53,618 bases of DNA. It comes from Candidatus Woesearchaeota archaeon (GTDB lineage Archaea > Nanobdellota > Nanobdellia > Woesearchaeales > BS150m-G63). Location: contig JAHWIG010000001.1 of the NCBI GenBank assembly GCA_019322735.1, positions 1-53,618 of the forward strand. The letters run 5' to 3'. This document shows, one piece after another, positions 7,963 through 18,086 of this stretch. Numbering within the stretch: position 1 is the first letter of the stretch; every line of letters starts with the position of its first letter. The translations under genes were made by a program, and so were the position numbers. The notes under the pieces were generated by a model that searched no databases, was not told the DNA's origin, and worked only from the letters and a program-made list of their open reading frames with translations.

Positions 7963-10374
7963 CTATGCAGAAATAGATATCTTAACTTTTCCAACTTCTT
8001 CCTTACCTTTACCAAACTCAATCTCTTTAATATTTAATGTTCCTTTTATATCATCAAAAGCGGTCCCCAACTCTTTTTTCAAATCATTCTTATTGCATTC
8101 AATAACTAATTTCTTGATTTCTGAATTTAAAGAAAGATTCCTCTTAGATTTATACTTCCTTACAGCTGAAATGATATCAATTACAACATCTCCAACTTCT
8201 TCAACATTATCATCAATAAATTTCTTATCAAATTTTGGCCAATCACTTATATGTATGCTCTTTTTTCCTTCTTTTTTGGCATAATACATCTGATAAACTT
8301 CCTCAGTTATATGTGGCATTATTGGTGCAACCAGCTTAAGGACCTCCAACAACCCAAAATAAAGGCAGTATTTTGCTGCATCTTCCTTTCCCTCTGGATT
8401 ATATAGTTTATGCTTGACAATCTCAAGATAATTTCCGCAGAATGTCTGCCAGAAGAACTTCTCAGTATCTATTTTTGTCCTCATATATTCATATTTATCA
8501 AAAGACTGAGTACAATTCATAATCAATCTGTTTAATTTAGACAACAACCAAAGATCCATCAAGCCAAGTTTTACTTTTTCGGGATTATATTTCTCAATAT
8601 GCATAAAAACGAATCTTGATGCATTCCATAGCTTAGTGATAAATTTCTGTCCTGTAACTAAATCCTTCTCTTGATATGGCAGATCATCCCCCAACTTACA
8701 GCCAGCAGCCCAGAATCTGAGACAATCAGCAGAATATTTAGCTAAGACCTCTTTTGGATCTACTACATTTCCTAATGATTTAGACATCTTCTTTCCATGA
8801 GGATCTAAGGCATGCCCAGAAATAACAACATCCTTCCATGGATTTACATTATTATGCAATCTTGACTTAACAACTGTATTAAATAACCAAAATGTGATGA
8901 TATCATGTGCCTGCGGCCTCAATGACATTGGATATAAACTCTTTCTTACTTTCTCATCCTTGATCAATTCAACAGCTAATTGAGGTGTCAATGAAGATGT
9001 TGCCCAAGTATCTAATACATCTTCCTCAGGAATAAATTTATTATGACCACAACCAGGACATTTTTTAATTAAAGGTTTATCTTTCAAAGGATCAACTGGC
9101 AATTGCTTCTCTTCTGCAACAATAATTTCATCACAATTTTCACAATACCAAACAGGAAATGGAATTCCAAAATGCCTTTGCCTTGAAATCAACCAATCCC
9201 ACTGCAATCCATTAACCCAATGCTCATATCTGTAATACATATGTTTAGGGTACCAATTCAATGATTTTCCCCATTTAATCATATCTTTCTTAAGATCAAG
9301 ATATTTGATAAACCATTGCTTAGAATGAATAAACTCAATCTCTCTCCCACACCTCTCATGAACATTGACCATATGTTTTATAGGTTCTTGACTTATCAAT
9401 AATTTTTCATCCTTCAAATCCTCTATAATCATCTTCCTTGCCAAACCAACAGATAATCCTTTATATTTCTCAGCAATTTCAGTCATTCTCCCATCTATAG
9501 AAATTGCAGTTTTTATTGGTAAATTATGAGCTTTCTGCCATTCCATATCTGTCTGATCTCCAAAAGTACAACACATAACTATTCCAGTTCCTTTTTCAAT
9601 ATCTACCCTTTTATCCGACAATATTTGTACTTTAAAACCAAATAATGGAACTCTGGCCATTTTACCATTATATTTCTGATATCTCTTATCATCTGGATGA
9701 TAGAAAACAGCAACACAGGCAGGCAGTAACTCTGGCCTTGTTGTAGAGATTATTAAATCATTATCATCAACCTTAAAGATAACCTCATTGAAAAAAGATT
9801 TTAGCTCTTTATCCTTACATTCTACCTGTGAAATTCCAGTCTGGCATTGGGGACACCACATTGTTGGAGCTTCCTTTCTGTATTCTCTCCCTTTCTTATA
9901 AAGGTCAATAAAACTTCTCTGTGATATCTTTTGACAATGTTTGTTCATAGTTGTATAAAACAGAGACCAATCGCAACTCAATCCCAACTTCTTGAAATCA
10001 TTCAAACAATTCTCTCTCAATCCAGAATTAAGTGTCTTTAAGCATAATTTAATAAATTTCTCTCTATCCATATCTCGTGATTTAACTTTATTTATCTTCT
10101 CTATAAGTCTCTCAGTTGCAACACCATTATCATCAGTTCCAAATGGATAAAAAACATTCTTTCCAATCATTCTTTGATATCTGACAACAAAATCCTGCTG
10201 AGAATATGAAAAAGTATGTCCAATATGTACATTTCCAGAAACAGTTGGCGGAGGAGTATCAACAGAATAAACTGGATTCTTACTCTTAACATCAAATTTA
10301 TAGATCCCTTTTTTCTCCCAATATTCTTGCCACTTCTTTTCTACCTTTTTTGGATCATATCTTTTATCAAGCAT
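7963..10374 (-). CDS. valS: Valyl-tRNA synthetase
   Basis: PPPTVSGNVHIGH (HIGH), KMSKSLGN, the editing-domain motif TTRPELLPACVAVFYHPDDKRY, and Zn knuckles. At 803 aa it fits ValRS rather than LeuRS or IleRS. Confidence 0.85.
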   Translation of the reverse strand: MLDKRYDPKKVEKKWQEYWEKKGIYKFDVKSKNPVYSVDTPPPTVSGNVHIGHTFSYSQQDFVVRYQRMIGKNVFYPFGTDDNGVATERLIEKINKVKSRDMDREKFIKLCLKTLNSGLRENCLNDFKKLGLSCDWSLFYTTMNKHCQKISQRSFIDLYKKGREYRKEAPTMWCPQCQTGISQVECKDKELKSFFNEVIFKVDDNDLIISTTRPELLPACVAVFYHPDDKRYQKYNGKMARVPLFGFKVQILSDKRVDIEKGTGIVMCCTFGDQTDMEWQKAHNLPIKTAISIDGRMTEIAEKYKGLSVGLARKMIIEDLKDEKLLISQEPIKHMVNVHERCGREIEFIHSKQWFIKYLDLKKDMIKWGKSLNWYPKHMYYRYEHWVNGLQWDWLISRQRHFGIPFPVWYCENCDEIIVAEEKQLPVDPLKDKPLIKKCPGCGHNKFIPEEDVLDTWATSSLTPQLAVELIKDEKVRKSLYPMSLRPQAHDIITFWLFNTVVKSRLHNNVNPWKDVVISGHALDPHGKKMSKSLGNVVDPKEVLAKYSADCLRFWAAGCKLGDDLPYQEKDLVTGQKFITKLWNASRFVFMHIEKYNPEKVKLGLMDLWLLSKLNRLIMNCTQSFDKYEYMRTKIDTEKFFWQTFCGNYLEIVKHKLYNPEGKEDAAKYCLYFGLLEVLKLVAPIMPHITEEVYQMYYAKKEGKKSIHISDWPKFDKKFIDDNVEEVGDVVIDIISAVRKYKSKRNLSLNSEIKKLVIECNKNDLKKELGTAFDDIKGTLNIKEIEFGKGKEEVGKVKISISA

Positions 10375-10405
10375 AGAAGGATTCTAATAGAAAGATTATT
10401 TAAAA

Positions 10406-10639
10406 TTATCTATATTTTTTCAGCTTATTTTGCTCATACTCTTCATATTCCAAAACACCATCAATATTACTTATGTTATTACTTTTTCTTTGAAAATGCC
10501 CATTTTCAATAGTAGAATAAACAATATTAACAATATCCTGATCTAAATTAGTACCAAATTTTTCATTGTGCTTCTTCTTTTCTTCTATTTCAAACTCAAT
10601 TAAATCCTTTGGGACATTAAATCTTATATAGTTTTCCAT
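10406..10639 (-). CDS. Small hypothetical protein (77 aa)
   Basis: ORF only, with no motifs. Confidence 0.35.
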   Translation of the reverse strand: MENYIRFNVPKDLIEFEIEEKKKHNEKFGTNLDQDIVNIVYSTIENGHFQRKSNNISNIDGVLEYEEYEQNKLKKYR

Positions 10640-10758
10640 GTCATTAACCTCAATTGGAGGAATAAAACAGAAATATCTCCTTTATAAAGCTTTTGGAGTT
10701 TTAGAACAGAATAATAGAACACAATAAAATTAATAAATAAAACAAACATAAAAATACT

Positions 10759-11958
10759 ATGCAACCCTGGACAAAAATATATCAACCAAAGAATCTATCA
10801 GAACTACAAGGCCAAGATACAGCTATAAAACATTTAAAATCATTTATAGAGAATTTCAAGAAAGGAAAAAGATCTGCATTAATCCATGGCCCAACAGGGT
10901 CAGGAAAAACAGTTGCTATATATGCCTTAGCAAATGACCTCAACCACGAGATAATAGAGGTAAATGCCTCTGATAAAAGAAATAAAGAAGAGATTCATCA
11001 CTTGGTTGGATCTGCTTCCAATCAGATGAGTTTATTCAATAAAGGAAAGATAATATTAATTGATGAGATTGATGGATTATCTGGAACCAAAGACAGGGGA
11101 GGCATTCCAGAAATAACAAGAATAATAGAAACAACATCCTTCCCATTAATATTCACAGCAAATGATCCTTGGGATTCTAAATTCTCAGCATTAAGAAGAA
11201 AATCAGAAATCATAGCATTCCATACATTGAATTATCTCTCTATATCAAAAGTATTGGAAAGAATATGCAAAAATGAAAATATAAAGTACGATGAATCTGC
11301 ATTAAAGAGTCTAGCAAGATCTACTGGCGGAGATCTAAGATCAGCAATAAATGATCTTCAATTAATCTCACAATCAACAAAAAAATTAAACAAAAAAGAT
11401 GTTGATGAATTGTCTCAAAGAAACAAGAAACAGACGATGATCAATGCATTAATGATAATCTTTAAAACATTAGATCCAAAGATAGCAATAAGCGCATTTA
11501 ATGATGTAGAAGAAGATACAAATAAGAGGTTTCTTTGGATAGATGAGAATCTTCCAAAAGAATATACAAAATCAAAAGATATTGCTAATGCATATAATCA
11601 ATTATCAAGAGCAGATGTATTCCGTGGCAGGATAAGAAGATGGCAGCATTGGCGCTTTCTAGTTTACATAAACGCCCTATTATCAGCAGGGATAGCCTTA
11701 AGCAAAGATGAAAAATACAAAGGATTCACTAAATATGGACCAACAAAACGCATATTAAAGATATGGCAAGCAAACATAACAAATCAAAAAAGAAAAGCAA
11801 TAGCTGAAAAAATAGCAGAGAAAACTCATATATCAATAAAAAGATCATTCCAACAGATTCCGTATATTAAAGCCATTTCAAAAAACAAAAACTTTGCCGA
11901 TTTATTAAAACAAGAATTTAAACTGGAAAAAGAGGAAATTTCCTGGTTAAAATCATGA
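10759..11958 (+). CDS. rfcL: Replication factor C large subunit
   Basis: Walker A (GPTGSGKT), EVNASDKRNK, Walker B (IILIDEIDGLSG), then GGIPEI...PLIFTANDPWD. This matches the archaeal RFC large-subunit pattern. Confidence 0.8.
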   Translation: MQPWTKIYQPKNLSELQGQDTAIKHLKSFIENFKKGKRSALIHGPTGSGKTVAIYALANDLNHEIIEVNASDKRNKEEIHHLVGSASNQMSLFNKGKIILIDEIDGLSGTKDRGGIPEITRIIETTSFPLIFTANDPWDSKFSALRRKSEIIAFHTLNYLSISKVLERICKNENIKYDESALKSLARSTGGDLRSAINDLQLISQSTKKLNKKDVDELSQRNKKQTMINALMIIFKTLDPKIAISAFNDVEEDTNKRFLWIDENLPKEYTKSKDIANAYNQLSRADVFRGRIRRWQHWRFLVYINALLSAGIALSKDEKYKGFTKYGPTKRILKIWQANITNQKRKAIAEKIAEKTHISIKRSFQQIPYIKAISKNKNFADLLKQEFKLEKEEISWLKS

Positions 11959-11998
11959 CAGCGATAACTATTTAAAGAATACTCTGTTCTCAATATTC

Positions 11999-13525
11999 AT
12001 GGTAAAAGAGATAAATATTGAAGAATTAGCAACATTCTGCAAGAAAAAAGGATTTGTATATCAAAATTCAGAGATATATGGCGGACTTGCTGGATTCTTT
12101 GACTTTGGTCCATTAGGTGTTGAACTAAAGAACAATATAAAAAACAGCTTATGGAAAAAATTTGTAACATCAAGAGAAGATGTTGTAGGTATAGACGGAT
12201 CAATTATATCAAAAGCAGATGTATGGAAGGCATCAGGACATGTTGATTCTTTTGCAGATGTAACTTTAAGATGTAATAAATGTAAAACTATCTTTCGCGG
12301 AGACCACCTTATAGAAGACACACTCAATATACCCTCAGATGGTATATCAGCTGAAGAAGTTTCAAATATAATAAAGAAACATAAAATAAAATGTACAAAA
12401 TGTGAGGGTACATTAAAAACTACAGCTTCTTTTAATTTAATGTTCAAGACCAATATCGGTGTTATTCAAAACAGTCCTGCATATTTAAGACCAGAAACAG
12501 CTCAATTAATATTTATAAATTTCAAATCGGTTCAGGAAAATTCAAGGCTTAAACTTCCATTTGGTATAGCACAATTAGGAAAGGCATTCAGGAATGAAAT
12601 TTCTCCAAGAGATTTTCTTTTTAGAATGAGAGAATTTGAACAATTTGAGCTTGAATTCTTCACAAATTCAATAGTAAAAGATAGTTGTCCAATATTCAAA
12701 GATATTCAAAGCTTAAAGGTAAACATCTTAACAAGAAAACATCAAAAAGAAGATACAAAGCATGAAACAAAGAGCATGAAACAATTAGTTGATAATCATA
12801 TATTCAAAGAAAAATGGCAGGCATATTGGGTTGCTTCATTCTATAATTGGTTTTTAGATAATGGAATGAATCCAGACCACTTAAGGATTAGGGAACACTT
12901 AAAGAAAGAACTTGCACATTATGCTGATTCATGCTTTGATATTGAATATAAATTCCCATTTGGATGGAAAGAGATCCATGGCAATGCAAACAGAGCACAA
13001 TTTGACCTAAAACAGCACATGGAAGCATCAAAAAGGGATCTTTCAATATTTGACACAGAAAGCCATACAAAAACAGTTCCATATGTTATCGCAGAGCCAT
13101 CTCAAGGCATAGAAAGGGCATTATTAGCCTTCTTATTTGATGCTTATAATGATGACCAAGACAGGGGAAATATAGTACTTAAACTTGATCCAAAACTAAG
13201 CCCAATAAAAATAGCCATCTTCCCATTAGTGAACAAACCAGGACTAATTAAGAAAGCAAAAGAGATACAAGGTGAATTAAAGGAAGAATACGCAACTTTC
13301 TATGATCAATCAGGTTCAATTGGAAGAAGATATGCTAGACAGGATGAGATTGGTACTCCTGCTTGTTTGACAATTGATTTTGATAGTATAAAGAATAATG
13401 ATATAACTCTTAGGGATAGAAACACAACAAATCAAATAAGAATTAATATAAGCAAATTAAATGAAACAATCAATAAATTTCTAAACGGTGAGGAAATAGA
13501 GAAATTAGGCAATATAATAAAGTAA
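11999..13525 (+). CDS. glyS: Glycyl-tRNA synthetase (archaeal/eukaryotic alpha2 type)
   Basis: N-terminal FVYQNSEIYGGLAGFFDFGPLG, class II motifs (FRNEISPR, FEQFELEFF) and an anticodon-binding C-terminal domain. Confidence 0.88.
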   Translation: MVKEINIEELATFCKKKGFVYQNSEIYGGLAGFFDFGPLGVELKNNIKNSLWKKFVTSREDVVGIDGSIISKADVWKASGHVDSFADVTLRCNKCKTIFRGDHLIEDTLNIPSDGISAEEVSNIIKKHKIKCTKCEGTLKTTASFNLMFKTNIGVIQNSPAYLRPETAQLIFINFKSVQENSRLKLPFGIAQLGKAFRNEISPRDFLFRMREFEQFELEFFTNSIVKDSCPIFKDIQSLKVNILTRKHQKEDTKHETKSMKQLVDNHIFKEKWQAYWVASFYNWFLDNGMNPDHLRIREHLKKELAHYADSCFDIEYKFPFGWKEIHGNANRAQFDLKQHMEASKRDLSIFDTESHTKTVPYVIAEPSQGIERALLAFLFDAYNDDQDRGNIVLKLDPKLSPIKIAIFPLVNKPGLIKKAKEIQGELKEEYATFYDQSGSIGRRYARQDEIGTPACLTIDFDSIKNNDITLRDRNTTNQIRINISKLNETINKFLNGEEIEKLGNIIK

Positions 13526-13559
13526 ACTTTATAAATACAGTATTTCTCCGCTAAATAAA

Positions 13560-14042
13560 ATGGAAATAAAAGACTTACAGATAAGACAAGGAAATGTTGA
13601 GGTAGTCGCAACTATCAAAGACATTGAAGAACCAAGAGAATTTGAAAAATTTGGAAAACCAGGTAGGGTAGCTAATGCAACAATTGAAGATGGATCTGGA
13701 AGCATAAAGTTAACTTTATGGAATGATCAGATTGACAAGGTAAAAGTTGGGGACAAAATTCATATTACTAATGGATATGTAAATGAATGGCAAGGAGAAT
13801 CTCAACTTACAACCGGAAAATTCGGACAATTGGAAGTTGTTGGAGACGATGAGACAACAGAACCAGCAGAAGAAACTGAAGGGAAAACAGAAGAACCTGC
13901 TGGAGAAGAAGCAGCTGATGAGACTGCTGAAGAATCTCCAGAAGAAAAACAAGAAGAAACTGTTGAAGAAGAAGTTGTCGAAGAACCAGTTGAAGACGCT
14001 ACAGAAGAAGAATCTACTGAAAAAGAACCAAAAGAAGATTAA
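13560..14042 (+). CDS. Single OB-fold SSB-like protein with acidic C-terminal tail
   Basis: The ~100-aa OB-like core (GSIKLTLWNDQIDKVKVGDKIHITNGYVNEWQGESQLTTG) resembles crenarchaeal-type SSB. It is followed by a ~60-aa E/T/P-rich acidic tail. Confidence 0.6.
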   Translation: MEIKDLQIRQGNVEVVATIKDIEEPREFEKFGKPGRVANATIEDGSGSIKLTLWNDQIDKVKVGDKIHITNGYVNEWQGESQLTTGKFGQLEVVGDDETTEPAEETEGKTEEPAGEEAADETAEESPEEKQEETVEEEVVEEPVEDATEEESTEKEPKED

Positions 14043-14080
14043 CATCTTCATCAAAAAGAAGATTAATTCTTTTCATGCTT

Positions 14081-14154
14081 GGGAACGTAGCTCAGCCTGG
14101 GAGAGCACTAGACTGAAGATCTAGGTGTCCCGAGTTCAAATCTCGGCGTTCCCA
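14081..14154 (+). tRNA. tRNA-Phe (GAA)
   Basis: Hand fold: GGGAACG-TA-GCTC-AGCCTGGGA-GAGC-A-CTAGA-CTGAAGA-TCTAG-GTGTC-CCGAG-TTCAAAT-CTCGG-CGTTCCC-A. Confidence 0.92.
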
Positions 14155-14235
14155 CTTTATTTTTAATTTTATTTCTAAGAACTGATTATAAAAAATAAGA
14201 AAGAATTTATGTAATTTCATATTACAATTACCTCT

Positions 14236-15858
14236 TTAAGTCAAAGTACATTTACAGAAACGAGATATTTGTGGAATTGATGGATTAGTTGCATCACAAC
14301 TTGGAGTTCCGCCAGTTCCATCATTATATATACAATAATTAGAATCTCCAAAATATAATATTCCAGGATATACTCCAGAAGGTTGGGATCCTGGAAGAAT
14401 TTGCGTAAAATTATAACCCCACCAAGTTTCCATCATATTACACCAAGGTTCTCCAATAAGGTTCCAAAATGAATCTGTTACATTTTCTGCACTTTCTACG
14501 CATGTTTCTTCTACTGAAGGATGTTCACATGTTTCAGTACAGTCGATACTATCCCCCCCAGCGTTCTCTGAATTACCTAAAACATATGTGAATCCATCAA
14601 ATTCCATTTGATCTAAAATAAGTGAATCTATACTCTGAAAATCTCCCCCATATTCAAAATACATATATCCAGACCCAGCATCTTGAAGCCCTCCAATAAA
14701 TAAAATATAAATTACATTATCTGGCCAAGGATATTGGGATGCTTCTCCAGAAGGAACTAAACTTATAATTGGAAATGAACAACTACTTTGAAGTCCACAA
14801 TCAAAAGTCATTGATTCATACTGTAAAAATGATGTAGTTGGGATTTCACCATCTTGTGGGGGTTCAAAATTAGACCCATTAGATACATCATAAGCCCACA
14901 AACCATACCAAAAATCCGGTATATCAGGATTATTAAAATCACCAGGTTCATATTGAAGAATTATAGCAACACTTTTACCTTGATCTACTCCTGGAATATC
15001 AATCCACATAGTATTAATAAAGACACAACTTCCATCATCTATTTCTGCATTAGAATCATAATTAACTGATTCATCATCAGTACAACCAGATGGAGGGGTC
15101 TCCCTAAAACATTTACATAAACGATTAATTTCTAGAGCAGTATCACAATTAGAAGTTGGAAAAGCATTATATTTGCACCTTTCTCCATCATTATCAGCAA
15201 AAGGGGCACCAATACCAGTAGTCTGAATGCAACCATAACCACCATCATTACAAGGATTACCTAATCCTTTCATAATGCTACATTCCATATCATCATTCCA
15301 AGATTGACCTAATTCGCCAACACAAGTACTTTCTCCACAAGCAGCAACACAATTTGTACCCTCATCCGCCATAACAAAATAATTAACAACATTAACTAAC
15401 CTTACAATATCAACAACATTAAGAACATTATCACCATTCATATCACCACAAGGAGCATCATTTACATAACCCCCTGCTAATATTACTCCAGCAAGAGCAT
15501 CAAGATCAGTAGTATATACTCCACCATTTTGATCAACATCCCCTATTTCAAAATTACAAGTCGGCATCGATCTCCTTCCTTCCTTCTTTATGCCTTCAAT
15601 TATTTTTTTACAATTATTTTTATTAGCAAAAGAGATTAATTTTTCTTTAGTAATACCCCCTTTTTCAATAAAAGTCATTAATTTACTTTTACCACATTCC
15701 CCTTTAAACGCTTCTCCTACTAAACTTGTTGGTTCTTCACCCTCAAAAGTTTCAACAACTTTAGTTGTAGAAGAAGATAAAGTAAATAATCCTACTATTG
15801 CAACTATAGCTACAATTCCAAGAATCCCATATGAAAACTCTTTTTCTATCTTAATCAC
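14236..15858 (-). CDS. Secreted/anchored Cys-rich protein with dockerin-like double Ca-binding repeat; conserved IKIEKEFSYG leader
   Basis: GTG start inside AGGTGATTAAG. The pair GDVDQNGGVYTTDLDALAGVIL and GDMNGDNVLNVVDIVRLVNVV matches the type I dockerin repeat pattern. It also has the motif GCTDDESVNYDSNAEIDDGSC and two Cys-rich modules that each end in R[LF]CKC. Confidence 0.7.
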   Translation of the reverse strand: MIKIEKEFSYGILGIVAIVAIVGLFTLSSSTTKVVETFEGEEPTSLVGEAFKGECGKSKLMTFIEKGGITKEKLISFANKNNCKKIIEGIKKEGRRSMPTCNFEIGDVDQNGGVYTTDLDALAGVILAGGYVNDAPCGDMNGDNVLNVVDIVRLVNVVNYFVMADEGTNCVAACGESTCVGELGQSWNDDMECSIMKGLGNPCNDGGYGCIQTTGIGAPFADNDGERCKYNAFPTSNCDTALEINRLCKCFRETPPSGCTDDESVNYDSNAEIDDGSCVFINTMWIDIPGVDQGKSVAIILQYEPGDFNNPDIPDFWYGLWAYDVSNGSNFEPPQDGEIPTTSFLQYESMTFDCGLQSSCSFPIISLVPSGEASQYPWPDNVIYILFIGGLQDAGSGYMYFEYGGDFQSIDSLILDQMEFDGFTYVLGNSENAGGDSIDCTETCEHPSVEETCVESAENVTDSFWNLIGEPWCNMMETWWGYNFTQILPGSQPSGVYPGILYFGDSNYCIYNDGTGGTPSCDATNPSIPQISRFCKCTLT

Positions 15859-15860
15859 CT
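15791..15860 (-). repeat. Conserved 5' leader module copy B
   Basis: AGGTGATTAAGATAGAAAAAGAGTTTTCATATGGGATTCTTGGAATTGTAGC... aligns with copies A and C. Confidence 0.8.
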
Positions 15861-15902
15861 ATTTTATAATAAAATTATTATTCAACTATATATAATTTCC
15901 TA

Positions 15903-18086
15903 CTACAAAGTCCCGCCCATAATAGTATCAGCTATCATATTGAATAAGAACATAATAACTACAGCAATACAGCAATAAAGAATAACACCTTTTTTCAGAT
16001 CAGTTCCAATCCTATAATTTCTCATTAACTTATCAACACCATTCTCAATACCATTAGATAAAATAATCAATATTATTCCCAATTCAACAACATACAATCC
16101 AACAACAATCTGGAAAAAATAAGTTGGAAGACCAACGCCAAACATATTTGTGATTCCCCCACTCATACCAGCTCCAGATTCTGCAGCCATATTGCCAAGA
16201 TGGCCCTGTAATCTTCCTAAAATACTGCTTATCATAGAAGTTATACCTACAACAATTCCAGAGATGACAGGAGTCAAGAATTTAACTTGAGATTTCATTG
16301 ATCCAACAATATCCCCCATTAAATCTTTCAGTTTTTCGTCTACTTTATGTAATTCTTGAAGGTATCTAGAAACATTTGTCAATGCTTCAGAAGCAATTCT
16401 AGGACCTTTTTTAGCACTCTCAATCAATACCTTCATAGAACTCTCTATTACCTTTGAAGGAAACTTCTTCAATGCACCATATTTAGGATCAAATATGGCT
16501 GCTTCAACACCCATTCCCAATCTTTTAATATTTCCATCAACAGTCTTAAAGAAATCGCCAGAAGTAGTGCCTTCCATAGAAGCTGCTACTTTAGAGAAAG
16601 CCATCTCTGTTGGAATACCATCTCCTAATCTGCCCCCTAATTGGAAAAGGGCAGATGCAAACTCCGCTTCCAATTGCTTAGACCTATTCCTTATTTCCAT
16701 CACATTCTTAGATCTGTTATAGAAATACAATGCAATCCCTAAGCCAACAGATAATGGAACAAATACTCCAAGTAATGCAGCCCCAACACCAAATGGCCCC
16801 ATTAATTTACCAGCTTTATTCTCTTTATAATCCAATAAACATAATCCTTTCACCTCTCCTTCTTCAAGTTGAACTCCTGTTTTGAATTTTCCCTCCTGAA
16901 TACAAAAATCAAAATCCATACTAGGATTAAGCATATGGAGAAGTAAAGGGCTAATTCCTATCATGAACAACAATCCACCCACCAATAAACTCAACATCAA
17001 TGGGTTAACCATTGTCTTATAAAAACCAAGATTAATCTTGATATTTCGCTCTTTCTTCAGCTCAGGGTGCTCTTCAGCAATATCCGTATCACCATAACCA
17101 GTAGGTCTCTGAGCCAATATCTTAGTTCCAATATAAAGCACACCAACTGGCAATGCAACATTATACAACAAAGAGATATGATACCATTCAACTCCCTCCA
17201 TAAAACTAACAACTAAAGGTAATATAACAAGACCTAAAATTGGCAGTATAACTCCCATCATATGAAGCATTGTTATTGGACCCTTAAGATTATGAGAATA
17301 GTGCAACATCTTTTCATATGTTCCATCAAGAATAACAGATAATGATTTATCTAAGGTATTCAATCTTCTTGTTTCTTCTCCTTCATAAAGAGAACTTTCA
17401 ATCAGATGCATTGCTTCAATAAACTCCCTATTCCATTTCTTCCAAGTATCAAGATAGTGATCTAAAGAATCTCTTATACTTTCATATTTCTGAGTCTCAA
17501 CATCCCACAACACCTTTTTCATATCTAATGATAATGGTTTCGCAAGATGCTCAGCAGAAAAATCAATTGCATTCTCAAGATTGGATGTATGTCTCATATA
17601 TGTAACAACATAGAAAACACATAACACCATCTGGTTGCTTGCTTTCATACGCCAACTATTGGCTAAAAAATTAGGTAATTTCTGCAGAGCACTCATCATC
17701 GCTAATCCAAAAAACAAGAAAAACACGATAAAGAACATATCCTGTATTAAAGTAAAACTAATCAAGGATCCTACAATAATAAAAGCTAAAGGACCAAGAA
17801 TAGAAAGACTCATCACCCCAGTAGGGGTGATATTAAGGTGACATACATCAATTGATTCCTCTAAATCAACAATTGCATCCTTCTTGGGTGCAATCTTCAT
17901 TAAACTCTCACTAAAATTACATGCCCTTTCATAAAATCCAAATTGAGCTGGCAACATTTCTTTTTTAAATTGAGAATATTCCCTAGAAACAACACCAGTA
18001 CTCGGCTTTACTTCTCCACCCATCTCTAACTCAATCTTTCTTTTATATTTATCTAACAGATCATCCTCTCTTTTTCCACTGGGCAT
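15903..18086 (-). CDS. Polytopic membrane platform protein, FlaJ/TadC/PilC-like (two T2SSF-like cytoplasmic domains)
   Basis: 727 aa with many hydrophobic helices interrupted by two soluble helical regions. Its start overlaps the stop of the upstream secretion ATPase at 18086. The family call rests on architecture and context. Confidence 0.6.
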   Translation of the reverse strand: MPSGKREDDLLDKYKRKIELEMGGEVKPSTGVVSREYSQFKKEMLPAQFGFYERACNFSESLMKIAPKKDAIVDLEESIDVCHLNITPTGVMSLSILGPLAFIIVGSLISFTLIQDMFFIVFFLFFGLAMMSALQKLPNFLANSWRMKASNQMVLCVFYVVTYMRHTSNLENAIDFSAEHLAKPLSLDMKKVLWDVETQKYESIRDSLDHYLDTWKKWNREFIEAMHLIESSLYEGEETRRLNTLDKSLSVILDGTYEKMLHYSHNLKGPITMLHMMGVILPILGLVILPLVVSFMEGVEWYHISLLYNVALPVGVLYIGTKILAQRPTGYGDTDIAEEHPELKKERNIKINLGFYKTMVNPLMLSLLVGGLLFMIGISPLLLHMLNPSMDFDFCIQEGKFKTGVQLEEGEVKGLCLLDYKENKAGKLMGPFGVGAALLGVFVPLSVGLGIALYFYNRSKNVMEIRNRSKQLEAEFASALFQLGGRLGDGIPTEMAFSKVAASMEGTTSGDFFKTVDGNIKRLGMGVEAAIFDPKYGALKKFPSKVIESSMKVLIESAKKGPRIASEALTNVSRYLQELHKVDEKLKDLMGDIVGSMKSQVKFLTPVISGIVVGITSMISSILGRLQGHLGNMAAESGAGMSGGITNMFGVGLPTYFFQIVVGLYVVELGIILIILSNGIENGVDKLMRNYRIGTDLKKGVILYCCIAVVIMFLFNMIADTIMGGTL

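Noticed and set aside
13716-14124. ORFs 13716..14054(-) and 13783..14124(+), with F/S-rich or K-rich low-complexity translations.
   Set aside because: They are alternative-frame and antisense readings of the GAA-rich acidic tail of the SSB-like gene, and they run into tRNA-Phe.
14236-15858. I looked for a diversity-generating retroelement (a template/variable repeat pair near C-terminal lectin-like domains of surface proteins), and for transposases, integrases and toxin-antitoxin pairs.
   Set aside because: No reverse transcriptase, integrase or transposase-like ORF is present in the window. I could not find a ~100-nt adenine-specific mismatched repeat pair by eye, but a computational self-alignment would be needed to exclude one completely.
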